Part shown: one piece after another, positions 1 to 9,321 of the stretch
How positions within the stretch are numbered: the first letter of the stretch is position 1
How the letters are laid out: the number at the start of each line of letters is the position of its first letter
NCBI GenBank assembly: GCA_037310415.1
Contig: CP147780.1
Location: forward strand, 1,664,001 to 1,728,000
DNA: 64,000 bases
Direction of reading: 5' to 3'
From: Candidatus Atabeyarchaeum deiterrae
GTDB lineage: Archaea > Asgardarchaeota > Atabeyarchaeia > Atabeyarchaeales > Atabeyarchaeaceae
Notes under the pieces: model-generated
What the model was told of the DNA's origin: nothing
Databases searched by the model: none
What the model saw: the letters and a program-made list of their open reading frames with translations, nothing else
Translations under genes and position numbers: made by a program

Positions 1-386
1 TTCTAAGGAAAGGCGGCCTCAGACAATTCGCGTCAAAAGATCCGATAAGATATTCAAGTAAATACACGAAAGAAGAAAGAGACAAGTGGTTCACCCAGAT
101 ATGGGATATCACAGGCATGAAGCAACATCTCTCTGAAGTTGAGAGAAGAGCAGCAGCTTTCCCAGAAGAGATACCAAAAAGACTCATCAGAATGTTCTCC
201 GTAGCTGGCGATACAATACTTGACCCTTTTCTTGGAACTGGGACCAGCCTGAAAGTAGCCATAGCACTCAACAGAAGCATGATCGGGTATGAGATAGACA
301 ATAGATTCGGAGAGATGATTCAGAAGGAAATAACCTCAGCAAAAGCAAGATTTCCAGATATGAAATTCGAGGTCATCAGTAGATAA
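1..386 (+). CDS. N4/N6 site-specific DNA methyltransferase, beta-class C-terminal part (5'-truncated by window edge)
   Basis: Frame is open from position 3 (LRKGGLRQF...WFTQIWDITGMKQ). Motifs AAFPEEIPKRLI and DTILDPFLGTGTS (SAM-binding motif I near the C-terminus), plus GYEID. Confidence 0.88.
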   Translation, partial: LRKGGLRQFASKDPIRYSSKYTKEERDKWFTQIWDITGMKQHLSEVERRAAAFPEEIPKRLIRMFSVAGDTILDPFLGTGTSLKVAIALNRSMIGYEIDNRFGEMIQKEITSAKARFPDMKFEVISR

Positions 387-593
387 GAAAATTCCCCGGG
401 GGTATCACTGTCAGTCTTTCCATGTCCAGATATTGCAGGTAGTTTTCCGCCTAGCCAAAAGGATCCATCGAAAGGTATATGAAAATCAAGTGTCGTATTT
501 TAAGTTGCCCGTCTCATAATCCGATCTGTTTAACAAACTTGAGATCACGGCAGCAGCTCTGGACGCAAGAGCCAGGGGAGTGCATGAGCAAGA

Positions 594-1658
594 TTGAGCT
601 ATATCGAGAGCGCGAAGAAATGGTGTGACGATAAGTTCGGCGGCAGAGCAAAAGTCACCTACGACCAAGTACTCACTGGAAGTAAGGGTGAAAAACACAA
701 TATCGATGTTCTCGTTGCTGGTGCCGCGAAGAACATTCCAGCCAAATATCGACTCCTCAGATTGACTGAGACTAGACACGCATACAGCAACGAAGTCTCA
801 TTTGTCAAGATAATTGACGGAGTCTGTCACCTAAAGGAATTTGACATCTTCCTCAAGACATGTGAGGATTTTGGAGACGGATTCATGGTTAAGATTGACA
901 CAAATTCAGATGGCGCTCATCTCTTCCCTGGCGCTGCAATCATAATGGCAAAAGATGGCTACGACTCGGACATACTTACTGATTGGTGGTTGGAAAAAGA
1001 AACCAGCCTGAAACTGGATTATGGCGCTGGTAAGATCTACCTCTTCAGCAAATACGCAGATGTCTGGGTCCGAACAGCGAAACCGGATGCATGCAAATGT
1101 TTTCTTGAGTTGTGGACGTGGAATGGCGGAAACCCACTTCAATTACTTCCCAATATGGATGAGAAAGGAAGAGAAAGACTGAATTTCAAAGAAGCAAGAG
1201 ACATAGGCCTCCCCAAGGTAGCAGAGTATGCAAGGAGAGAAGAGAAGTTTCTGGCTGATGCGGAAGGACTGAGTATCCTAGATGAGTTGCTTGGTGTCTA
1301 TGTGTTCATGGCTGAGGGAAGCTGTGTCTTCGATCACAAGTTCAGAGCGATTAAGGGTGACGCAAGCCTCCTTACAGGTGCACTCACAGCGATATCCTCG
1401 ATCATAAAGGAAACCACACGAAGCGAAGGCGAACTGAGGTTCGTCGACCATGGAGATGTAAAATTCATATTCGCCGAAGCACCAAACATGATTTCGGTAC
1501 TCGTATCAACCCAATACCGCCAACTTTTCAGGGCAAAGCTTGAGCGGTTCACTCAAGCATTCTACGACACATTCAGGGAACAGATAGAGAATTGGAAAGG
1601 CAACCTACGTGTATTTAGCGGTGCACACGACTTCATAAGAGACATATTCGAGCTCTAA
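594..1658 (+). CDS. Mrr/PD-(D/E)xK nuclease-like fold fused to a C-terminal longin-like domain
   Basis: N-term VTYDQVLTGSKGEKHNIDVLV matches the archaeal Mrr-like GxSGxxHxIDV pattern. C-term VYVFMAEGSCVFDHKF...LLTGALTAISSIIKET...LRFVDHGDVKFIF...KLERFTQAF...WKGNL is longin-like. TTG start after GGGGAG. Confidence 0.65.
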   Translation: MSYIESAKKWCDDKFGGRAKVTYDQVLTGSKGEKHNIDVLVAGAAKNIPAKYRLLRLTETRHAYSNEVSFVKIIDGVCHLKEFDIFLKTCEDFGDGFMVKIDTNSDGAHLFPGAAIIMAKDGYDSDILTDWWLEKETSLKLDYGAGKIYLFSKYADVWVRTAKPDACKCFLELWTWNGGNPLQLLPNMDEKGRERLNFKEARDIGLPKVAEYARREEKFLADAEGLSILDELLGVYVFMAEGSCVFDHKFRAIKGDASLLTGALTAISSIIKETTRSEGELRFVDHGDVKFIFAEAPNMISVLVSTQYRQLFRAKLERFTQAFYDTFREQIENWKGNLRVFSGAHDFIRDIFEL

Positions 1659-1678
1659 ACACCTCACCTTAACAGAAA

Positions 1679-2455
1679 TCACATCTTCCTTGTCGGAAAC
1701 TTGATTTCCCATTCACTTCTCACATATTGAACCCTTTCCTTCAGAAAGACACTCTTTCTCATTTTCTTTATCTGAATGAAGTTCTCCGTCATCCTTCTAT
1801 CTCCGACTTCGCGACCTTGAAAGTCAATAACCCCATCTGCCAGACGCTCAAATGATTCTGCCTCTCCAGGCAGGTTCATTCCAGGATAGTACATCCCCAT
1901 TGTGGTGCAACCCGTCATACGATGAAGTGGCTGAAGTCCCAACATCAGATTCCAGACCTTTTGGAAACCCGCAGTCGCGACCAGTGTCGAGACACTGTCC
2001 ACAATCATTCGGATTCTGTTCCGAAAGCCTTGTCCATCAAATGCCATTAGCAAGTTGCGCACTTCATCAAAGAGCTTGACAGTATTGGTTGGACTTTCAA
2101 TAGTGATGTCCGCTTCGTTCTCTGAAAGCTTGGGCATCAATCCTGCATAACCTGAGAATGCGTCAATAAGTGTCAGCAGCTTAGCGCTTCTATAGGGAAC
2201 CAAGTTAGCCCCGAGGCGCGCACTCGCCTGCATGTACTCTGGGACTGAATGCTCTGTGAGAAGTATGATGCCATATTCTTTGTTTAATAGACCTTCCTTC
2301 AAGAAGTTCATACAAATGAAGAAACTCGGATAGTTGCTCCTTTCACTTCCCGTCTCTTCGACCAGAACAAGCGTCCCTCTGGGGCAACCGCCACCCAGAA
2401 CATGATCGATCTCGGGAACACCCGTGCTTGCAGTCTCTAGTCCTGAAGAGTTCAA
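1679..2455 (-). CDS. KaiC/RAD55-like RecA-superfamily protein with degenerate P-loop
   Basis: STGVPEIDHVLGGGCPRG, Walker B RMIVDS, LADGVI, IKKMR. The Walker A position reads EETGSERS. Confidence 0.85.
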   Translation of the reverse strand: MNSSGLETASTGVPEIDHVLGGGCPRGTLVLVEETGSERSNYPSFFICMNFLKEGLLNKEYGIILLTEHSVPEYMQASARLGANLVPYRSAKLLTLIDAFSGYAGLMPKLSENEADITIESPTNTVKLFDEVRNLLMAFDGQGFRNRIRMIVDSVSTLVATAGFQKVWNLMLGLQPLHRMTGCTTMGMYYPGMNLPGEAESFERLADGVIDFQGREVGDRRMTENFIQIKKMRKSVFLKERVQYVRSEWEIKFPTRKM

Positions 2456-2634
2456 GATTCGATCCTCCTAGAACGTTAAAGTTGTCGAATCTATGGAAGT
2501 CATACCAAGAACTGAGCAACGGACTACAATCGTTTATGTGTATTTTAACTTTTTCAAAGCCTCAAAGTGACTGATTCTACCAGCTTAATACAAAGCTGAG
2601 CACAACAACAGACCCTCGATGGGGTAGGTCGATT

Positions 2635-2654
2635 GCAGTAATTGATATTACTGC
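2635..2654. promoter_or_regulatory. Perfect 8-bp inverted repeat, candidate operator upstream of acyl-CoA dehydrogenase
   Basis: GCAGTAAT-tgat-ATTACTGC, about 65 bp before the ATG at 2720. Confidence 0.5.
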
Positions 2655-2719
2655 GAATAGATATAGGTGAATCATATTGTGCTCTCAGGAGGATTGGATC
2701 TATCGGAGGTTAGGGTTCT

Positions 2720-3886
2720 ATGATAGATTTTCAATTGACAGATGAGCAAATTGCCTTGCGAGACAGGGCGAGAAAGTTTGCTCTAGAAGAAATGTTGCCA
2801 GTGTCAAAGAAATATGATCGAAGCGGTGAGTTTCCCCGTGGGGTCATCGAAAAAGCATTCAAAGCTGGGCTAATGAACCTGGGTATTCCCAAGAAGTATA
2901 ATGGACCAGGCTATGGCTCGATCGAATCAGTGATTGTAGTAGAAGAAATGGCCGCAGCCTGCGCAGGAATTACCACATCAATATATGTGAACGACCTGGG
3001 ACTTGCGCCAATAGTTCTTGGCGGCAACGAGACTCAGAAGCGGAAATTCTTGACTCCGCTGACCGAGAAGCTTAGCTTAACTGCATTTGCCACCTCAGAG
3101 CCAGGAATGGGATCAGATGTTGCAGGTATTCAATCCACCTGCGATCGAGACGGTAACGACTATGTCTTGAATGGGAATAAGTTCTTTATCACCAATGGCG
3201 ACTTTGCAGATCTGTACGTTATCTTCGCTAGGAAGAAAGGCACAAAGCGCCATGAAGGGATATCCGGATTCGTTGTTCCACGCGGGACCGAAGGGTTGTC
3301 CACAGCCAAGCCCCTTGAGAAACTGGGGCATCGTGCGTCCGACACAGCAGCTGTTTCTCTCAAGAATGTTCGGGTCCCAGCTGAGAACCTGATTGGCGGG
3401 GAAGGTGGCGGATTCCTACTGGCAATGATGACTTTCATGCACACCAGACCAGGAATTGGCGCAATGGCAACTGGACTCGCACGCTCGGCAATGGAATACG
3501 CCTTAAACTACGCCAAACAAAGAGACGCTTTCGAACACAAGATCTCCAGTTTCCAAGCGATCCAAGACATGGTAGCTGACATGTACGCTCGCATTGAAGC
3601 AATGAGGCTGCTAACTTGGAAAGCAGCATGGGCCTTGGATCACGGGCAGCAAGACAACATAGCATCAAGCTGCGCGAAACTCGTAGGCGCTGAAGATGCG
3701 ATGAAAATCGCAACAGATGCACTCCAGATCTACGGAGGAAGAGGTTACCTTGAGAGTTACGCCATCGCGAAACTATTCCGAGACGCCAAGCTCTACCAGA
3801 TCTACGAAGGAACATCACAGGTACAACGTTACGTTATCTCGCGCTACCTCTTCAAAGAATATCAACCTATCATGACTGGCTTCTAG
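2720..3886 (+). CDS. Acyl-CoA dehydrogenase
   Basis: FATSEPGMGSDV, LNGNKFFITNG, QRDAF, QIYGGRGY, catalytic IYEGT. GGAGG ribosome-binding site. Confidence 0.95.
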   Translation: MIDFQLTDEQIALRDRARKFALEEMLPVSKKYDRSGEFPRGVIEKAFKAGLMNLGIPKKYNGPGYGSIESVIVVEEMAAACAGITTSIYVNDLGLAPIVLGGNETQKRKFLTPLTEKLSLTAFATSEPGMGSDVAGIQSTCDRDGNDYVLNGNKFFITNGDFADLYVIFARKKGTKRHEGISGFVVPRGTEGLSTAKPLEKLGHRASDTAAVSLKNVRVPAENLIGGEGGGFLLAMMTFMHTRPGIGAMATGLARSAMEYALNYAKQRDAFEHKISSFQAIQDMVADMYARIEAMRLLTWKAAWALDHGQQDNIASSCAKLVGAEDAMKIATDALQIYGGRGYLESYAIAKLFRDAKLYQIYEGTSQVQRYVISRYLFKEYQPIMTGF

Positions 3887-3905
3887 TCGAAGAGGGAATG
3901 TTACT

Positions 3906-4517
3906 TTGATCCACAAAGGGAAGAGGATGACTGGTGGGGCACCTCACTCTCCCTACTCCATCCACGGTCTTGGGAAACTGTTTGCAGACAGGATAAAGGG
4001 TTCGGTTGAAGACTGGAATGAACTACGCGTTCTCGATGTCGGAACTGGTTCAGCTGCTAATGCCATCTTTCTAGCTGAATTGGTAGGTATAAGAGGTAAG
4101 GTATACTCGATCGACCCCTCAAAAGAGGTACTGCAAAACGCGGGCAAAACGATCAAAGCAAAGGGACTGTCAAAGCGCATAAAACTGTCAGAAGGAGAGG
4201 CTGAAAATATACCTCTAGAGAGTTCGTTCTTTGATGTCGTGGTCACGCTCATGGCACTTCATCACCTCAAAAGCCTAGGAAAAGCAATCAAGGAATTCGG
4301 TCGTGTGCTCGAGGAAAAAGGAGTATTTGTCGCAGTTGAGTGGACTACCAAAGCATCAGAATTCATTCCTCACCCCAAGACCGACTTCATCTCGCCGGAG
4401 CTAGCAAAGAAACTCTTGGTTGAAAATGGCTTCGATATAACTGACTTCGAAGAGTCAGGCTACTACTTCTTCATCAAAGCCCAAAAAAGAAAAAACGAAG
4501 AAGCGGAGGTTCGCTAG
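3906..4517 (+). CDS. Class I SAM-dependent methyltransferase (UbiE-like)
   Basis: VLDVGTGSA, AENIPL, FDVV, LHH, RVL..G. Confidence 0.85.
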   Translation: MIHKGKRMTGGAPHSPYSIHGLGKLFADRIKGSVEDWNELRVLDVGTGSAANAIFLAELVGIRGKVYSIDPSKEVLQNAGKTIKAKGLSKRIKLSEGEAENIPLESSFFDVVVTLMALHHLKSLGKAIKEFGRVLEEKGVFVAVEWTTKASEFIPHPKTDFISPELAKKLLVENGFDITDFEESGYYFFIKAQKRKNEEAEVR

Positions 4518-5003
4518 CTAATCAACTGAACTCCCGCAACTGGGACAGAACTTGGCGCCTGGCGGCAATGGATACCTGCAGTAAGCACAATAGACGGGGA
4601 CCGACGCTTTGGCAACTCCTTTGGGCTCACCGATCATAACCTGACCCGTGTTCTTGTCAAATCCAGCATTTATTCTTCCCTCAGCCCTCAAATCAACAAT
4701 AGCTGCCCTAAGCTCTTTCTCACTCATCTCTAACTCTTCAGCTAGCTTGCTGAGTTCAACCTTCTCCCCATTGTGGTCGCTAAGAGTTCCTTGAACAGTT
4801 CTAGAAGTGGCCCTCCTGTTGTAGAAGACGCTTATCGAGATAAGAATCAAGACTCCTCCAGCAAAAGCAATCCAAGGAGTTCCATCCACTATCCTGAAGT
4901 ATGCGAGGCTTCCCCAAGCTACGAAAAGCAGACCTAACCCGATTAAGAAATACGGTGGCTCCTCGTACCTCATTCTGTGCCGGTGATGGTTATGTTCACT
5001 CAT
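4518..5003 (-). CDS. Membrane protein: 2 TM + PCI-like winged helix + C-terminal Zn ribbon
   Basis: Two hydrophobic helices; VELSKLAEELEMSEKELRAAIVDLRAEGRINAGFDKNTGQV; CAYC...CPSCG. ATG 5003 follows GGTGA (track start 5015). Confidence 0.7.
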   Translation of the reverse strand: MSEHNHHRHRMRYEEPPYFLIGLGLLFVAWGSLAYFRIVDGTPWIAFAGGVLILISISVFYNRRATSRTVQGTLSDHNGEKVELSKLAEELEMSEKELRAAIVDLRAEGRINAGFDKNTGQVMIGEPKGVAKASVPVYCAYCRYPLPPGAKFCPSCGSSVD

Positions 5004-5098
5004 GACTAAGGTCACCTTTTGCAGACCGAGAAAGCGATTATTCTATCTTAAATGTTTCTCCAAAGCCTGCAACACGTGTACTATTTCTTGCTTTTCAT

Positions 5099-5425
5099 TC
5101 ATTCCACCGAACTTCCACAGCTCGGACAGAATCGTGCGCCGGGAGGTAGCTGGTAGTCACAGGAAGCACAAGCTGTTTTCGTTTCTGAGTCAACTGCGGC
5201 TCTTCTAGGCTCGCCGATCACCAGTTCGCCCGTACTACCGTCAAACGAAGTTTCGATTACACTCCTGCCTCTAAGCTTGATGATAGTCGCCCTCAGTTCT
5301 CCTTCATCAATGCCCAACTCATTAGCGAGATCACTAAGCTGGATTCTTTCCCCCGCATGTTCAAGAAGTGCTACAAGCACCTCGCTTTCAATGTCTCTTC
5401 CGCTATCGCAACAGCATGGACCCAT
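5099..5425 (-). CDS. Soluble paralog: PCI-like winged helix + Zn ribbon
   Basis: IQLSDLANELGIDEGELRATIIKLRGRSVIETSFDGSTGELVIGEP; CASC...CPSCG. Clearly similar to 4518..5003. Confidence 0.7.
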   Translation of the reverse strand: MGPCCCDSGRDIESEVLVALLEHAGERIQLSDLANELGIDEGELRATIIKLRGRSVIETSFDGSTGELVIGEPRRAAVDSETKTACASCDYQLPPGARFCPSCGSSVE

Positions 5426-5602
5426 GAATTAAATCACCATTCTGAAACAATTCCTCTGACAAACAGATTGTCGTGTCTTAATAAATATCTTTGTTCAAGA
5501 CAGAAATAGCAACTTACGTTGCATGACTGCGTCTGACCAATCAGAAAAAGAGTGTAGTTTCCATTTGGAAACTCTCCTGATCAACACAATGCGCCTAACA
5601 TT

Positions 5603-6067
5603 TTAGGGACCTTTCAGTGCCATCATGATTCCGAAAATGACCAACAGGATACCAGCAATCATGTCAATGTATAGACCGATTCCCACGGATACAAAGGCAA
5701 TCGGAAAACCAAAAATAGTTGCTGTTGCTCCAAGCAATTGAACTGTGCTCAGGTAAACGATCATGCTTCCTGCGAACACAAGAAGTCCCATAACTAATAC
5801 CAAGACTGACAGCATCTTTGCCCTGCCTGCCATAGACGGAACAATTGCAAGACCTGAGAACACTATTGCGAGTATGGCTCCTATTGGGATAACGTACACG
5901 AAAAGGAACGCTCCGGCAAGACTGGCCAACTGAAAACTGCTGATTGGCCAAATGAGAAAGAGTAAGAAAATCGTTAGGTAGGGTAAGAACATCCCGACGA
6001 AGCTAATGATGCCAAACAAGAGGTTAAGGATCGCCCAGACAGGTATCCCGCCTTTCTTTGAACTCAT
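5603..6067 (-). CDS. Hypothetical multi-pass membrane protein
   Basis: About four hydrophobic segments in 154 aa. Confidence 0.7.
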   Translation of the reverse strand: MSSKKGGIPVWAILNLLFGIISFVGMFLPYLTIFLLFLIWPISSFQLASLAGAFLFVYVIPIGAILAIVFSGLAIVPSMAGRAKMLSVLVLVMGLLVFAGSMIVYLSTVQLLGATATIFGFPIAFVSVGIGLYIDMIAGILLVIFGIMMALKGP

Positions 6068-6355
6068 TTATTATTGATCTCTCCATCTACCTTTTCCATA
6101 CTGTGTTGTCTATTGGCTTCTCCAATATTAATAGGTATTCCAAGAGTTTCCCGATTGGGCTGAACATGCAAGAAATGAAACGAAGGGCCGCTGATCGCCA
6201 TCGAAAGAATGCTTGCCGCGAATTTGATATGTAAATCCTACTGCGGTTTTCTTTCTGCGATCTATCTCCTCCTCTCACTATAGTTTCATTTTCTCGTGCC
6301 ATCAGAATGGTGTTAATAGGGAGTTAGACACCAATTATGTAGAATGTGAGCAACA

Positions 6356-7285
6356 ATGGTTCAGTCCATGAAGGAAATTACTCACTCAGACTATCTCGAG
6401 TTCATTGGAGATCACAGTGAAGTAGCCATAGGGGACACGGGAGTGAAGCTGAGTCACGAATGGTGTATAGAAGCTTACACTCCACCTGATAATTATCACC
6501 CTGAGAAGGAAACTGTATGGAGTTTCCCAAGTAGAGGTAATTGGGCTACTCACCAAGGCGACTACAGGGGGAACTGGTCCCCCTACGTTCCGAGAAACCT
6601 CATACTAAAATACACAAAACAGGGAGACTGGGTTCTGGATCAAATGGTAGGCAGCGGGACAACACTCGTTGAGTGCAAGCTGCTGGGCAGGAATGCTATC
6701 GGCGTAGATGTGAATCCAAACGCGATAATGGTTACAAGAGACCGCCTAAACTTCAGATACGCGCCACCTAACGTAGACGAAGCTGAGAGCACAATAAGGA
6801 CTTACGTGGGAGATGCAAGAAACTTAAATGAGCTATCTTCAGAGAGCATAGACTTGGTAGCTACACATCCACCATATGCCCGCATTATCTCATACACGAA
6901 AAAGACCACCGGGGTCGTTGAGGGAGACCTGTCGCGGCTACCTCTTAACAATTACTTGACAGAGATGCGAAAAGTTGCGGGGGAATCTCTGCGCGTCCTC
7001 AAGCCAGACAAGTATTGTGCGATACTGATGGGCGATACGAGAAAGCAACGGCACTATGTTCCGATAGCCTTCAAGATCATGCAGATCTTCCTGGAGGCTG
7101 GTTTTATTCTTAAAGAAGACATAATCAAGCGGCAGTGGAAAATGAAAGGCACAAGAGAAAAATGGAGAGGAAGATACCAAGACTTCTACCTAATTGCACA
7201 TGAACATATTTTCGTTTTCAGAAAACCTTTGGACAGCAAGGAATTCTCCAAACATAAGAATAGCAGTTCGACCATAATATTCTAA
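6356..7285 (+). CDS. N4/N6 DNA methyltransferase family protein (alpha-type motif order; TRM11-like fold)
   Basis: YRGNWSPYVPRNLI, VLDQMVGSGTT (motif I) preceding ATHPPY (motif IV), HEHIFVFRKP. Confidence 0.85.
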   Translation: MVQSMKEITHSDYLEFIGDHSEVAIGDTGVKLSHEWCIEAYTPPDNYHPEKETVWSFPSRGNWATHQGDYRGNWSPYVPRNLILKYTKQGDWVLDQMVGSGTTLVECKLLGRNAIGVDVNPNAIMVTRDRLNFRYAPPNVDEAESTIRTYVGDARNLNELSSESIDLVATHPPYARIISYTKKTTGVVEGDLSRLPLNNYLTEMRKVAGESLRVLKPDKYCAILMGDTRKQRHYVPIAFKIMQIFLEAGFILKEDIIKRQWKMKGTREKWRGRYQDFYLIAHEHIFVFRKPLDSKEFSKHKNSSSTIIF

Positions 7286-7367
7286 AAGACTAGCCACGAA
7301 TTGGTTTTGAGAAACAATAGGCATTTATCGGAGTTCTCGGAGATCCCTATTAGGTCAATTCTCGGAA

Positions 7368-7733
7368 TTGGGGAGAAGGAGCCTAAGAAGTATGGAACAG
7401 GTCACGCAAGTAATAAAGGAAGCAGTAATGGAAGCATCGAACAGAAAAATCGAGAACATACTACGTGAGACATTTTCGCCGAAACGTGAGTCAATCTGTA
7501 GGGAGTGTTCACTGAGACCAGAATTCTGCTTCGGAAGCGTTGCAGACTGGCATAGATGTAGATATGCATTGAGAATACGAAATGATAGAGTTTTCTTCCC
7601 ATCGGATCAGCCCACTTTGGCTGGTGAAGGAGAAAAGCGCGAAGGGATAGAAAAAGAGATGGAAGAACTGATCGTGAAGACCCTGCAGAGGGTCAGAACC
7701 CTAACACACTACAGAGTAGCTGTTAGCACATAG
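7368..7733 (+). CDS. Hypothetical protein with four-Cys cluster
   Basis: CRECSLRPEFC...C with protein-like composition. Start uncertain. Confidence 0.5.
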   Translation: MGRRSLRSMEQVTQVIKEAVMEASNRKIENILRETFSPKRESICRECSLRPEFCFGSVADWHRCRYALRIRNDRVFFPSDQPTLAGEGEKREGIEKEMEELIVKTLQRVRTLTHYRVAVST

Positions 7734-8211
7734 AGCAGCTAAGAACTCGTGCCACATTCATGAAAGTCGGCAGTCGGTCGCAATTCTTTATAATCTTTCG
7801 GCTTATGTGACAATTCATTGATCACTCTTTCCTCTAGCTATCTGTTTGAGAGCAAATGGTATCCGTCTCGTAAGCCGATGGCTCATTATTTATGCGCAAT
7901 CTTCCGGTGAACTATTTCATAGCTCAGAGTTGTTCATTCTGTCCAGCCCTGCGCTTCTAGGATTTTCCAGTCTTCTTCTGACCCAGTGCGCGTTGAAGTG
8001 GTTACTTGTGTTCACAGTAATCATTCGCTTTTGTGTCGATCTCTAGCGGATCGGTCCGGAGTTTGCCTGAACACTAGGGAAATTGCTTGGGTGGGCTGCG
8101 TTGCAGACGCTTTCCCCAAAAAACGGAAAATTGACTTGGATAGAAGAGCCAGCGACTGAAGCCTGCTGTAGCCGATAGTGCATTTATAAGCGAACTGAGA
8201 AGTTTAACCGT

Positions 8212-9321
8212 TTGAGGGTGAAGCACCAATTGTACGAAGAAATGGCGAAATTGATAGTAAAGGATGCTTTGAGGATCAAATCCAGCGACGTCGTTTCGAT
8301 CCTGACCTTCCCCCACACTGTCGACGCAGCAAACGCGATTGCGATAGAATGCTTCAAGCAAGGGGCAGACGCGATGCTTGTCCTCTGGACTGATGACTAT
8401 TACTATGGGCAGCTTGAGCACCTTTCTGAAGACAGCTTGAAAGAGCCATCGAAGTTTTGCCAGGCACTAACGGAAGCTGTTACTGCGCAGGTCAATATGT
8501 TTGGTCTCGAGGATCCAGATGGTCTGAAGAAGATATCCTACTCGAAGTCAGCCGCATGGAATGAGGGTGAGAGAAGGGCACATTTCCCGAGAGGACAGGA
8601 GCGGAAGATAAGAACCGCCAACCTTACTCTTCCGCTAGTAACTAAGGCCAGAGCAAAAACATATGGCTTCAATTTTGGAGCATGGAAGAAGGCGGTCGAC
8701 GAAGCTACAACAGCAGACTTGAAAGAGATATCCCAGAAGTGCCATCGAGTCGCGTCTTCCCTTGAGAAAGCAAACGACGTTCGTATTACAGCGCCGAATG
8801 GAACTGATCTGACTTTCGAACTTGCTGGGAGACCTGTACATATAGATGATGGTATAATCGATGAAGATGATATTGCCAACAACTCGCTCGAAACCCAGCT
8901 GCCTACAGGTTTCGTACAGACAACGGTTGTTGAGTCAAGCGCAAATGGCAAGATTTTCTTCGACCTACCGCTCCAGGCGCTTGGGGTTAATGTTGTTGAT
9001 TTGGAATGGGGGTTCAAAGAAGGTAGACTAACATCGATGATGGCAAGGAAAAACATTGAATCTCTTGCTACAGAGATGCAAAGCGCTACAGGAGACAAGG
9101 ACATCATAGCGTTCCTAGGAATAGGTCTCAACCGCAAAGCAAAGCAGGGCTTCATGATGAATAACATTGTTGAAGGGGCTGTTACTATAGGAGTCGGAGA
9201 TAACGAAGCTCTGGGTGGTCAGAACAAATCCCCATATGGGGCGGCCGCAACAATAGGAGAGGCGACACTGGAGATCGATGGCAAGGCAATTGTCAAAGCT
9301 GGTCGTTTGGTTGAAGAGTGA
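8212..9321 (+). CDS. Peptidase M29 (aminopeptidase T/AmpS)-fold protein, predicted inactive
   Basis: Scaffold motifs ALRIK, VRITAPNGTDLTF, DDGII, LPTG, FKEG, LGIGLN, GGQNKS are present. Metal-ligand positions are substituted. Confidence 0.85.
   Translation: MRVKHQLYEEMAKLIVKDALRIKSSDVVSILTFPHTVDAANAIAIECFKQGADAMLVLWTDDYYYGQLEHLSEDSLKEPSKFCQALTEAVTAQVNMFGLEDPDGLKKISYSKSAAWNEGERRAHFPRGQERKIRTANLTLPLVTKARAKTYGFNFGAWKKAVDEATTADLKEISQKCHRVASSLEKANDVRITAPNGTDLTFELAGRPVHIDDGIIDEDDIANNSLETQLPTGFVQTTVVESSANGKIFFDLPLQALGVNVVDLEWGFKEGRLTSMMARKNIESLATEMQSATGDKDIIAFLGIGLNRKAKQGFMMNNIVEGAVTIGVGDNEALGGQNKSPYGAAATIGEATLEIDGKAIVKAGRLVEE

Noticed and set aside
594-1658. Classical type II restriction-modification pair with the upstream MTase
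   Set aside because: The ExK motif appears broken and the protein carries a longin-like domain. Reported as a fusion finding instead.
7734-8211. Long intergenic region with ORF 7846..8046
   Set aside because: No coding signature, repeat or convincing RNA structure found.
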